DNA of 64,000 bases. Source: Eledone cirrhosa. Lineage: Eukaryota. Shown piece after piece: positions 1 through 13,103 of this stretch; position 1 is the first letter of the stretch; each line of letters begins with the position of its first letter. The notes below the pieces were generated by a model. That model worked only from the letters and a program-made list of their open reading frames with translations. It searched no databases and had not been told where the DNA came from. Where the stretch lies: the NCBI GenBank assembly GCA_964016885.1, contig OZ024753.1, positions 16,802,001 through 16,866,000 on the forward strand, read 5' to 3'. The translations under genes and the position numbers were made by a program.

Positions 1-227
1 GACAAAATTTTGGTTTTTAAATTTCGCATCCACGCTGGTTCAGGCTTTCTGTTTGTATCTTGATTGCGTGGTTTTAGATGTGTGTTATATGATAGCAATG
101 TGACAGCTGAAACATATAACAAAACATTGTATACATGTATGTATGTATGTATGTATGTATGTATACATGTATGTATGTATGTATACATGTATGTATGTAT
201 ACAAGTATGTATGATGTATGTATGTAT

Positions 228-3200
228 GTTCTTCTGGTTTTATAATTTCACAAAGTTTTACCAATAGGGAGAGAGTCGGTTTCTAACATAGACACAAGAC
301 TCTCTCATTGGAATTTACACAACATCAACTAGGTAGATATGTATGTATGTCTGCATGCATGTGTAGATATGGATGTTATTGTATGTGTGGATGCGTATGT
401 TTTGAGTTGTATGTGTGCATGTGTATATGCTTTGTATCTGAACATGTGTATATGCAGTTATTAGATGCAACATTTTTGGAATGTTTTACATATTTTTACT
501 GTTCCATTAATGGATTGTACTTGTAATTTCCTAACTAGTGTGTTCTTTCTGTTCCTGTGAAGCCTAGCTTCTCAAGATTTGTATTGAGACAGTTACTAAC
601 ATATGCCAGTGCCCCAATAATCACAGGCATAAATCTGAAGGTGTAATCAGGGTGGAGTATCTGCAGATTTCTCATCAGTTCTGCATAAATATTCTCCTTT
701 TCACTAATCTTTGATATTATATTGGCATCTGCTGGGCAGCTAATTTCCACTACTGTGCATGTTTTCTTCTCCCTGTCCCATATCATAATATCTGGTCTGT
801 TATGCCTGCATTTTATTGGGGTTTTTACTGGAACATTCCATCATTACTCTTTCATATTATGTACATGGATGTCTTCCACATTGTTGTAGCTTTTAATGTG
901 TTTGTTATCGGGGCTATCTTTTTTACGAACTGCATTGTACAGTGTTTTGGCCACTACATCATGCCTCATAGGTAGATAGTACCGCGATGACATCTTTGGG
1001 CAGCTGCTGATAACATGGGTGATATCCTCAATGTTAGTTCTGCAGAGTCTGCACTTGTTATCACATCTAGGTGTTTTGCCTGCATCCCTATCTCTTTTGT
1101 GAATCAGGTATTTTGTGCTAATCTCCTTTTCTTGGATTGCAAAAGCGTATCCTTCAAAGTGGGAGCCAATATAGTGGTTGTTGGTCCAAGATAGACTACT
1201 TTCCTTATCTATATTACTCTCACTCTGGAGCTTCCTGGCAACATATCCATGCATGATTTTTTGCTGATAGGCATGCAGTTTTTCATCCATGGATGAAGCG
1301 ACATCCCTGGGTGAGAGTTTTTGATTATCACACAGGGAATATCTCTCGACGAGTTCCTTCCCAACTCTCATGATCTTATCTGTTTCATGCATATAGACTT
1401 GCTCGAGAAGCGGGCTGCTACGCTTCGAGTTTCCTAGATGTTGTCGGAGAGATATGATGCGACATTCAAATGTTGTCTGGACTGATGTTACGCCTCTGCC
1501 TCCCTGCTTACGTTTCAAGTAAAGGCGGTCTATGTCACTGTTGATGTGGAAGTTTCCAGTGTTGTTCAGTATTTTTCGAGTTCCAACATCAACTGCTCGG
1601 ATTTCGTCTATTGTCCAATTGAGTATTCCAAACGTTGGTGTTAGGACAGGCACAGCAAACACATTGTGAGCCACTGTTTTGTTTTGCGCAGAGAGTTCCG
1701 ATGACCAGATCTTTCTTAATCGGGTGTAGTATTCCCTGGTTACGCGTTCTTTATTACAGATACCATTATAGGATATGTTCTCATCTATCCCCAGGTATCT
1801 GTAGCAGTCCTCATCAGATATCGGTGAAACAGTTAGACCATTGATGACAATGTTGCTAGATTGGGTTGTTGTTTTTCTCCGCTTTACAGTCATGTATGAG
1901 CATTTATTTTGGCCAAACTCCATTCCTATATCCTTTGAGAACGTTGTAACCAGGTCAAGATTTTTCTTCATCCCATCCATGTTCTTGGCATAGAGTTTCA
2001 GATCGTGCACAAAGAAGTTATGGGTTAGGTTCGTATTTCTGTCCTCCTGTGAGCCAATGATGTATCCCTCACATTTCTTGAGCAGAAAGGACAAGGGGTT
2101 TAATGACAAGATGAACAATATCACAGAGAGACTGTCCCCCTGAAATATACCCCTGCGATATTTTATTTTATCAGTGAAAATAGAGTCCTCCCTCTCTGTC
2201 TTTAACCTTAGGATAGTAGCCCAAGAAGAAGACAGCCTCTCTATGGCTCTGACAATAATGTCTGGGACTTTAGCAAGTTGGAGGGCCTCTGTCATCCAAG
2301 AGTGGGGAACAGAATCGAAAGCTTTCTTGTAGTCCAACCAGACTGTAGTTATATTCCTCCTAAGTTGTCGCACCTCTGACATCGCAGTTTTGTTGATTAG
2401 GAGTTGTTCAGCACATCCCCAAACCCTTTTCTTTCCAGCTGCTTGTTCATCTGTGATGATGTTATTATTTTCACAGTGATCTTGAAGGAATAGATTGAGG
2501 TAGCCTGTATACATCTTATACATCAGGTTCAGGCATGCAATGGGTCGGTAGTTTTTTGCCAAGTGGGTGTCTTTGTTCTTGGGGACCAGTAACGTTTGTG
2601 CTAATGTCAACCATTCTGGTATAAGTGTATCTCCCTTAAGAACTTGTTGGTAGAGGTCAGTAAGATACCTCCGATAGAATATTAGTTTTTTGTGCCAGTA
2701 GCCGACAATCATGTCTCTTCCTGGTGTTTTCTTATCTTGGAGTTTTCCTATCACAGTCTCAAGAGTACCCTCACTTATTTCGTATGTTTTTGTTGTAGTG
2801 TAAGAGCAATAGTTCTTTCGGATTTCTCTTAGCCACACTGCATCTTGGTTGAAATTCTTCTTTTCACCCCATATTTTTCTCCAAAAGGAATCTATGTCTT
2901 TCTGGGATGGGGCCTCAGTGACACTTATTATTTTGCCATTCATATCTCTATAGACTGATGTTTGGTTTCGTCTGAATCTTTTATTAAGCATTTTTCTCTC
3001 ATCTACCTTCTTCAGGTATCGGCGTTTTTCGCTAACAGCTCTCAATTCTTGTTTGAGGGTGATCAGCTTATATTGGAGAGTTCTGGTTCTACTGTTACCA
3101 AACATTGTCTCTATTTTATTTTTCCCTCTTTGTTGGTGAGGAGTGATGTTTTTTTGTGTTTGTTTGCATGTAAGGAGCATTATCACATGTCCTATGTTTT

Positions 3201-4320
3201 TTGCAGGTCAGCACTCTTTTTTTCTATTTTAGTTATATATGATGGTATTTTTGGTGGTGTTTTCTTCTTGTTAATATCTCTGCTATCACCAAGATAATGC
3301 TTCAGTGTCATTGCTAAGGCATATAAAAAGGCGTTGATTTGCCAAAATGTTGGGGTTTTTATCCGTCGTAAATATTCATCCCCTATTTCGTCAATAACAC
3401 GTAGTATTTCATTATTTGGTTTTTTATTCACCATTGTCATTTTAACACGTTCAGCCAGAGAGATATTTATACATGAGTTAATTTCTCTCTGGAAGATTTC
3501 GTTGAGGGAAATTTTCAATTGTTTATACTTTTGATTATCATTATCGATAGTATTTTCCACAACAGTCGAGGTAGACTCGGATGGTATACGTAGTGTCACA
3601 TTTATTCGATTATTATTATTATTTCTTCGATTATTATTATTATCGATAGTGTTTTCCCCAGCATTCGAGGTAGACTTAGATGGTACAGGCATAGTTGTTT
3701 CAAGGCGCTGTTCGACCTGGCTGCTAGGAAGTCTAGTAGCATGGCGATCTGTAGCACGTGTTGTTGATTCCATGTTTGTTGTGGGCGACTTACAATTAAT
3801 AATATTTATCTTATTTTTACATTCAACAAATGTCGCTTGTTGGCGTAATTGTTTCGCTGTGAAATAATTTAGCTCTGGGTGCATTTCGTCCCAGTGTAGC
3901 TTCATTCTATTCATATAGCCAATGGAGGGATTGTTTTTTGCCATTTTATAACAATTATATAAATCATTATTAAGTTCGCAACTCCAAGAGAAATGCGATT
4001 TATAATTTCGGTTTCTTCTGTAGCTACAACTGAATAAAGTTTGATTACCTTCTTTGTTATTTGTCTTCGATACTTCCTTAATTTTCTTGTTGATGTTGTG
4101 TTCAGCCATGCTGTTTGTAGCAAATCCTTGTAAAATGAATTATGTATTTAGTCGGATATCTCTACGAATTCGAATAAAAGGTGCCTTCAGATGGGATAGT
4201 TAGAAGAATAACCAGTTATTCAACCTGGCTGTAGTTGTGGCATTACTGTCGGAGATAGTATTCATCTTAAATTTAATAAATAGTCTCCCACGCCATAATC
4301 TGCGACTGGTCGCGTTGACT
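228..4320 (-). mobile_element. R4/Dong-clade non-LTR retrotransposon, near full length, inactivated
   Basis: N-terminal Myb-like block (WSCELNNDLYNCY...GYMNRMKLHW...QLRQQ); RT motifs KTPGRD, YRPIACL, LDYKKAFDSVPH, GIFQGDSLS, YRYLG; CCHC knuckle CRLC..ITHVISSC; RHD; restriction-like endonuclease HNRPD..VEISCP. Bounded by (TATG)n on both sides. Confidence 0.9.
461..4109 (-). pseudogene. Disrupted RT-RLE ORF of the R4/Dong element
   Basis: Frame break near 3190, catalytic motif reads FVHD instead of xxDD, tandem TAA-TGA at 841-846, frameshift near 545 before LVRKLQVQSINGTVKICKTF. Confidence 0.85.
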
Positions 4321-4415
4321 GATGTATGTATGTATGTATGTATGTATACATGTATGTATGTATGTATACATGTATGTATGTATGTATACATGTATGTATG
4401 TATGTATACATGTAT

Positions 4416-4780
4416 CCCAGTACAACCTGTCTCATGGTCGGGTCGTTGGCGACTAAACTGGCAACCCCACCAAGGTTTCTTGGTGAGGAGGGTGACTTTG
4501 GACATCCTGCAGGACTAAAAACAAAACCTGTCAAAGGGCAAAGGAGCTCTTAAGAGTCAATGGCCATCCAAAATCACCGGGAGAGATGACCCCTTAGCCT
4601 TTGTCAAGGCAGAATTCTAGGAGAAGGAAAACTTTGATATAACACCTGCAACTCTGATGGTATCCAATGATGTTGACTTGTTCTTCTTTTTGGTACATAT
4701 CATCTTGTTTAAGAGAGTGGGACTGGCTTTGTGCAGTGCCTTTGCTCACTATAAAAGCTTCACGGCACAGGCATTGCTTT
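4416..4780 (+). mobile_element. Dispersed non-coding repeat resembling an RTE-type 5' region (copy 1)
   Basis: Homologous to 5658-6080 and 6380-7495; contains ctaggagaaggaaaact, which I recall from RTE 5' UTRs. Confidence 0.5.
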
Positions 4781-4907
4781 ATATCTGGAGATCTCTCTGC
4801 ACTTGTCGTCAGATGGTACCATGGGCCCAGCACTATGTGTCAATAATTGTCAAAAGTGTAGTGTTTGTACCAGAGTTTTCAAATCGCTGGCTGGACTAAA
4901 AAGTCAC

Positions 4908-5178
4908 ACTCGTTCAGCGCATCGGTAGGGGTTCTCCTACATGGATATAAAGTAGTGGCCGTACTCGAAAATGAGTTGGCAGCCACCATGTATGTATGTA
5001 TGTATGTATATATATATGTATGTGTATGTATATATATGTATGTGTATGTATATATATGTATGTGTATATATATTTATGTATGTATGTACGTATATAAATG
5101 TATGTATGTATATATATATATGTATATATATGTATGTGTATGTATATATATGTATATATGTATGTATGTATGTATGTA

Positions 5179-5211
<33 letters not shown>

Positions 5212-5568
5212 ATATATATATGTATGTATATATGTATGTATATATGTATGTATGTATATATATGTATGTATGTATGTAGGTATATATATATGTATATATA
5301 TATATATGTATGTAGGTATATATATATGTATATATATATATGTGTATGTATATATATATGTATGTATATATATATATATATGTATGTATATATATATGTA
5401 TGTATATATATATATATATATGTATGTATATATATATGTATGTATGTATATGTATATATGTATGTATATATATATATATGTATGTACTCGTTCAGCGCAT
5501 CGGTAGGGGTTCTCCTACATGGATATAAAGTAGAGGCCGTACTCGAAAACGAGTTGGCAGCCACCATG
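4908..5568. repeat. ~80-bp direct repeat (4908-4989, 5486-5568) around a TA/TATG microsatellite
   Basis: actcgttcagcgcatcggtaggggttctcc...gagttggcagccacc occurs twice, each followed by (TATG)n. Confidence 0.85.
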
Positions 5569-5657
5569 TATGATGTATGTATATATACATGTATGTATGT
5601 ATGTATGTATGATGTATGTATGTTGGGTCACTCTTGAGTGCTACTGTTAACATATAA

Positions 5658-6080
5658 CCCAGTACAACCTGTCACATGGTCGGGTCGTTGGCGACTAAAC
5701 CGGCAACCCCACCAAGTTTATTTGGTGAGGTCGGTGACTTTGGACACCCTACAGGACAAAAAACAAGACCTGACAAAGGGCAGTAGAACTCATAAGAGTG
5801 AACGGCTATCCAAAAGTGTGTAAATATGTATATAGTCATGTACCACGCGGTTAAACCACTGGGAGTGAAGGTCCCCTAGCCTTTGTCAGGGCATTCTTCT
5901 AGGAGAAGACAACTCAGGAAACTGGGATAACTCTGATATAAAACCTGCGGCTCAGTAGTTACCGATGACGTTGATCTTTTCTTATTTTCAGGTTATAGCT
6001 ACTGTCACTCAGAGAGTGGGATTGGCTCAGTGCACAGTCTTTCCTCACTTTAAAAAATATCTTCACGCACAGGCATTGCA
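5658..6080 (+). mobile_element. Dispersed RTE-like 5' region (copy 2)
   Basis: cccagtacaacctgtc...ggtcgggtcgttggcgactaaac...cacaggcattgc shared with 4416-4780. Confidence 0.5.
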
Positions 6081-6454
6081 TGATATAATTAATTAATAAT
6101 GGTATATCGTGCAATGGCCATACTCGATAACGAGGGGGCAGCCATCATATGTATGTATATATATTAATGTATGTATATATATGTATGTATGTATATATAT
6201 GTATGTATGTATATATATGTATGTATGTATATATATGTATGTATGTATATATATGTATGTATGTATATATATGTATGTATGTATGTATGCATCTATTTGT
6301 GTGTGGGGACATGTCGAAGCATGTGGTTAGCCCCATTGGGATTGTGAAACCCTTAGTCCTTGTTAGGACATCATTGAAGGATAAGGAAACTTCTGATGTA
6401 AAAATTGTAACTGAATGGTAGCCAATGATGTTGACCTGTTCTTCCCTCTGGATA

Positions 6455-7465
6455 CCTGTCACCGTTGTTGGGAGAGTGGCATTGGTCCAGTCTAAGACCT
6501 TTCTTGTCACCAATGTTGGGAGAGTGGGATTGGTCCAGTGTAAGGCCTTTCTTGTCACCATTGTTGGGAGAGTGGCATTGGTCCAGTGTAAGACCTTTCT
6601 TGTCACCATTGTTGGGAGAGTGGCATTGGTCCAGTGTAAGACCTTTCTTGTCACCATTGTTGGGAGAGTGGCATTGGTCCAGTGTAAGACCTTTCTTGTC
6701 ACCATTGTTGGGAGAGTGGCATTGGTCCAGTGTAAGACCTTTCTTGTCACCATTGTTGGGAGAGTTGGATTGGTCCAGTGTAAGACCTTTCTTGTCACCA
6801 TTGTTAGGAGAGTGGCATTGGTCCAGTGTAAGACCTTTCTTGTCACCATTGTTGGGAGAGTGGCATTGGTCCAGTGTAAGACCTTTCTTGTCACCATTGT
6901 TGGGAGAGTTGGATTGGTCCAGTGTAAGGCCTTTCTTGTCACCATTGTTGGGAGAGTGGCATTGGTCCAGTGTAAGGCCTTTCTTGTCACCATTGTTGGG
7001 AGAGTGAGATTGGTCCAGTGTAAGACCTTTCTTGTCACCATTGTTGGGAGAGTGGGATTGGTCCAGTGTAAGACCTTCCTTGTCACCATTGTTGGGAGAG
7101 TGAGATTGGTCCAGTGTAAGACTTTTCTTGTCACCATTGTTGGGAGAGTGGCATTGGTCCAGTGTAAGGCCTTTCTTGTCACCATTGTTGGGAGAGTGAG
7201 ATTGGTCCAGTGTAAGGCCTTTCTTGTCACCATTGTTGGGAGAGTGGCATTGGTCCAGTGTAAGACCTTTCTTGTCACCATTGTTGGGAGAGTGGGATTG
7301 GTCCAGTGTAAGACCTTTCTTGTCACCATTGTTGGGAGAGTGGGATTGGTCCAGTGTAAGACCTTTCTTGTCACCATTGTTGGGAGAGTGGGATTGGTCC
7401 AGTGTAAGACCTTTCTTGTCACCATTGTCGGGAGAGCGAGATTGGTCCAGTGTAAGACCTTTCTT
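6455..7465. repeat. 48-bp minisatellite, ~21 copies
   Basis: Unit gggagagtggcattggtccagtgtaagacctttcttgtcaccattgtt; explains the 16-aa periodic ORFs. Confidence 0.95.
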
Positions 7466-7659
7466 CATTTAAAAAAGTTTCAAGCACAGGCATCATTTCA
7501 TCTAAACATATTTCACATGTGTTGCATGGACAGGACTGGCCAGGGCTGAAAAAGTTTTTTTTAATTCTTTTGCTGCAGCATATGCAGAAATATAAGTTCT
7601 TGGTAGTGGTAAAACATCATGTTTGTGCCACACATGTGGTGTGAGAGGTGGAGCAAGAG

Positions 7660-7798
7660 ATATACACATATATATACACATACACATGCATACACACACA
7701 TATATATATGCACACATGAACACACACACACATAGAAATCTTTCTCTCTCTATATATATATGAATGCACAAACACATGCATACACACCTCTCTCTCTC

Positions 7799-7886
<88 letters not shown>

Positions 7887-8254
7887 TATGGAGGAACATG
7901 GCTTAGTGGTTAAAGCATTGGGCTTGCAATCGAAAGGTTGTGAGTTCAATTCTCGGACCGGGTGATGTGTTGTTTCCTTGAGCAAGACACTTTATTTCAC
8001 GTTGCTCCAGTTTACTCAGCTGTGGAAATGATTACCAGCCTGCCCGCCCAGCCAGTGGGAGGCGTTATCTCATGGCTAAAACAGCACGATGTGCTGTGAC
8101 CAGCGGCGCAGATTGGTGCCCGACAGACTTGTCGGTCAAGGTGATATATATTTGTGTGTGTGTGTGTTTGTGTGGGCATGTATATATATATATATATGCA
8201 CACACACACACATCTCTTTCTATGTGTGTGTGTTCATGTAGGCATATATATATG

Positions 8255-8293
<39 letters not shown>

Positions 8294-9060
8294 CTCTCGC
8301 TCTCTCACTCTCTCTCTATACATGTGTGTTTGTGTATATATATGCACACATACACACACACACACACTTCTCTCGCTCTCCCACTATCCCTCTCTCTATG
8401 TGTGTGTTTGTGTAGGCATATATATATATATATATGCACACATACACACACACACACTCTCTTCTCTCTCTCACTCTCACTCTCTCTCTCTCTCTATGTG
8501 TGTGTGTGTTTGTGTAGGCACATATATATATGCACACATGAACACATAGAAATCTTTCTCTATATATATATGAATGCACAAACACATGCACACACGCACA
8601 CACACCTCTCTCTATGTGTGTGTGTTCGTGTAGGCATATATATATATATGCACACATACACACACACACTCTTCTCTCTCTCTCTCTTTCTCTCTCTCTC
8701 TATGTGTGTGTGTTTGTGTAGGCATATATATATATATATATATGCACACGTGAACACATAGAAATCTTTCTCTATATATATATGAATGCACAAACACATG
8801 CACACACACACACCTCTCTCTATGTGTGTGTGTTCGTGTAGGCATATATATATATATATATGCACACATACACACACACACACACTCTTCTCTCTCTCTC
8901 TCTCTATGTGTGTGTGTTTGTGTAGGCATATATATATATATGCACACACACACACACTCTTCTCTCTCTCTCTCTCTATGTGTGTGTGTTCGTGTAGGCA
9001 TATATATATACATGCATATGCTCACATGCACACACACACATTTAGAAATCTCTGTATATA
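7660..9060. repeat. Higher-order repeat of CA/CT/GT/TA microsatellite blocks, interrupted by a SINE
   Basis: Recurring ctatgtgtgtgtgtttgtgtaggcatatata and catagaaatctttctc anchors. Confidence 0.8.
7889..8143 (+). mobile_element. tRNA-derived SINE, family A head with a distinct GC-rich tail
   Basis: A-box tggcttagtgg, B-box gttcaattc, ccttgagcaagacac core. Confidence 0.8.
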
Positions 9061-9403
9061 TATGATCACACATACAAATCTCTGTCTACCTTGCAGGATA
9101 TTTTTGATTTGTGGTTGTCTTGTTTTGTTTTCTTGTTGAAGGTTGGTGTAAGGAGTGATGTGTGTAGGGCAGTTGAGGATGTTTAAAAAAAGATTTGGTA
9201 CTGTGTGGCTGGTGTTGGGGCTGGGGTGAAAAGGGGGCTGAGAGCATGTTGTAATTGAGCTTCAGAAATTAAGGAGAAAGAAAAAAAAATAACAGTTCAG
9301 CAGTGAATAAATAAATATATACAAATAAATATACAAATAAATAAATAATAGCATTTAGAAATATTTAATTCTAAATAGAGATAAATTACTGTCAGACAGG
9401 AAG

Positions 9404-9660
9404 ATGGTGGTGGTGGTGGTGGTGGTGGGTTGGTGGTGGTCGGTGGTGGTGGGTTGGTGGTGGTCGGTGGTGGTGGGGTTAGTGGTGGTGGTGGTGGTGG
9501 GGTTAGTGGTGGTGGTGGTGGTGGGGTTAGTGGTGGTAGTGGTGGGTGTTGGTGGTGGGGTTAGTGGTGGTGGTGGTGGTGGTGGGGTTAGTGGTGGTGG
9601 TGGTGGTGGTGGCGGTGGGGTTAGTGGTGGTGGTGGTGGCGTTGGTGATGTTGGTGTAGT
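9404..9660. repeat. (GGT)n-rich simple repeat
   Basis: Direct inspection. Confidence 0.9.
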
Positions 9661-9720
9661 AATAATTATCTGAGCAGAAGTTAAAGAGTATACATTCATA
9701 GAAACATTTACATGCATATG

Positions 9721-9753
<33 letters not shown>

Positions 9754-9849
9754 CCACACACACATACACACATGTGCAAACGTAAAAATGATGATATATA
9801 TATATATATATATATAAAGGAAGGAGAGAAGGGAAAAAAACCAAAAAAA

Positions 9850-10575
9850 AACACACAGTCCACACTGTCATGTGGCCGTGTAGGTAACACGGTAAATGTG
9901 GTTGATGTTAGGAAGGGCATCCAGCCATAGAAACCCTACCAGATACAGTCTTATACAAGCGAGACATGGTTACCCAATCAATCTTGCCTCAAGTGGGACA
10001 ATTCCCGTCTAACCCAAGCTAGCATGGAAGATAGATGTTAAATGATGATGATGATATATATATACATGGAATCATAATAAAATGCACCCAGTCCACTCTG
10101 TAATTTTGTACTGCTGGTGCCACAATAAAATGCACACAGTCCATACTGTAAGGTGGTAGTGCTGGTGCTATGATAAAATCCTTCCAGTCCATTCCGTTCA
10201 GAGGTTGGCATTAGGAAGGGCATTCAGTCATAGAAACCAAGCCCAAAATGGAGCACACTAGCAAGATAGGGTCACCAGACAAACTGTCTAACCCCTGCAA
10301 GCATGGAAAGTAGACATTAAACTGTGCTGCTGGGGGTGGTGCTGCTTCTGAGAATGATGATTTACATATCTATATATATAGATGGATATTAAACATCATC
10401 ATTGTTTAATATCCATCTTCCACGCTAGCATGGGTTAGACGGTTTTGTTCCATTTGATGTGGAATTGGTCGGGAGACTGTGTCTCGCTCGTACTCAACTG
10501 TCTCTGGTAGGTTTTGTACGGCTGGATGCCCTTCCTAACATCAACCACATTTACAGTGTGGACTTGGAGCCTTTT
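9850..10575. mobile_element. Cluster of three headless SINE 3' parts (two +, one -)
   Basis: ttaggaagggcatccagc...gcatggaa...aaatgatgatg tail motifs at ~9905 and ~10210, inverted at ~10400-10550. Confidence 0.65.
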
Positions 10576-10731
10576 TACAAAAGTCATGCACCATCCTAAT
10601 TTTTATGAACAGTTATCCCATTAATTTACAAAAGTAACAAATATGAAGATATTACAACAAAGTGTGATGTTACTCGTGCTTGAAATTTGCATCACCCTGT
10701 ATTTCAATTTTTTCTTTAATTTCTTATTCTA

Positions 10732-10767
10732 TCTTCTGATGAAGGACCAGCATCTGAAACGTTGAGA
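10732..10767 (+). ncRNA. Minimal type-I hammerhead ribozyme-like fold
   Basis: tctt CTGATGA agg-accagca-tct GAAA cg TT gaga; short helices with G-U pairs. Confidence 0.5.
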
Positions 10768-11387
10768 CTCTTTCCCTACTATATCAAGTGTAAAACTAAT
10801 ATATTTTTTCATTGTACTGTGTCATTTGCTATGTTATTTCTGTTCGCCTTCTACATATATTTATATTAAACAGTAATAATGATGCTGTGTATATATATGT
10901 CTATTAAATTGTAAATATACTTATATATATATGTCTATATAAGGAATATATATTTACTTACATGCATATCATCAGCTGTTATCAAAAGCTGTTGCTTTTG
11001 ACAGCAGCTGATGATATACATGTAAGTAAATATATATATAGATATATATCAATAATATTAATAAATGGAAAATATTTTTATAAAACCATATTATCCATTT
11101 ATTAATATTATTGATCTTATTGATACTCTGGATAAAAACTGTTGAGTGCTTCTAATCTATTGTAAAATTAACTTAGTTGAATAATCAACAAACTAAATAA
11201 CTCATTGTTTATATATGAATAACGAAAGAAGTGTGGTAAGGAACCAGATGGACCATAACGCACCAGAGTACTCAATACTTAGGGTAGTAGAGTGGGTAAT
11301 AGAAAAATGTTTGACCCCGACGGCAGAGCTCAAGCCGTTTTGACGGCTATTTCTGGATAGAAATAGCCGTCGGGGTCAAACATTTTC

Positions 11388-11439
<52 letters not shown>

Positions 11440-11627
11440 ACATAGAAAAAATATGGGCGGAGGTGGTGAGGCTGGAGCTCAGACCTGAAGCTAACGAAGG
11501 ACTGTGACAAGTGGAGAGATGCTGTGTTGAATAGGAACCCCCCCCCCCCACCTGATCATGATGATGATAATGATATATGTGTGTGTGTGTGTGCGCGTGT
11601 ATGTGTATATATATGTGTGTGTATATA

Positions 11628-11658
<31 letters not shown>

Positions 11659-11820
11659 GTGTGTGTGTGTATATATATGTGTGTATGTATATATGCATAT
11701 GTGTGTATTTATATTCATATATATATGTGTGTATATATATATATGTCTATATATACATACCCACACCTATCTATATCTGTGTGTCTATATATCTATATAT
11801 ACATATATATATATATATAT

Positions 11821-12166
11821 ATCATCATCATCATCAACATCATTTTACGTCCACTTTTTCCCTGCTTGCAAGGGTGTGACGGGAACTGATTCTGGCTTGA
11901 TTTCTACAGCTGGATGCCCTTCCTAACACCAACCTCATTTACAGTGAGTGCTGGGTGCTTTTTTTCCGTGGCACCTCTACGACCACATTGCAGTGGAATG
12001 ATAGGGACTGAGGTCCCTATCATCTCATTTCTACAGCTGAGTAAACTGGAGCAATGTGAAATAAAGTGTCTTGCTGAAGGAAACAATACATCACCCGGTC
12101 TGAGAATTGAACTCACAACCTTTCGATTGCAAGGCCAATGCTCTAACCACTAAGCCATGTGCCTCC
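11821..12166 (-). mobile_element. SINE family A, full length with (ATG)n tail
   Basis: Reverse complement of the 18265-18600 copy. Confidence 0.9.
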
Positions 12167-12764
<598 letters not shown>

Positions 12765-12940
12765 GGAGGCACATGGCTTAGTGGTTAGAGCATTGGCCTT
12801 GCAATCGAAAGGTTGTGAGTTCAATTCTCAGACCGGGTGATGTATTGTTTCCTTCAGCAAGACACTTTATTTCACATTGCTCCAGTTTACTCAGTTGTAG
12901 AAATGAGATGATAGGGACCTCAGTCCCTATCATTCCACTG
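12765..12940 (+). mobile_element. SINE family A, 3'-truncated
   Basis: Mirror image of 11991-12166. Confidence 0.9.
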
Positions 12941-13103
12941 GAGGCGCCACATATATATATATATACATATATATATTGGTAAACGGAATAGAAAATGCTG
13001 ACAAATTGTTCACAGTTGAAAAATGGTTTAATTAGGAATAAAAGAGTATTAGTGATTGTATGGGTTAGTATTCAATACATATATATATATATATATATAT
13101 ATT

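Noticed and set aside
4865-5637. YI/MYVC-repeat ORFs here and throughout the window
   Set aside because: Translations of TA/TATG/CA microsatellites.
6145-7549. Long ORFs of 365-426 aa on both strands
   Set aside because: Translations of a 48-bp tandem repeat open in several frames; no splice or domain evidence.
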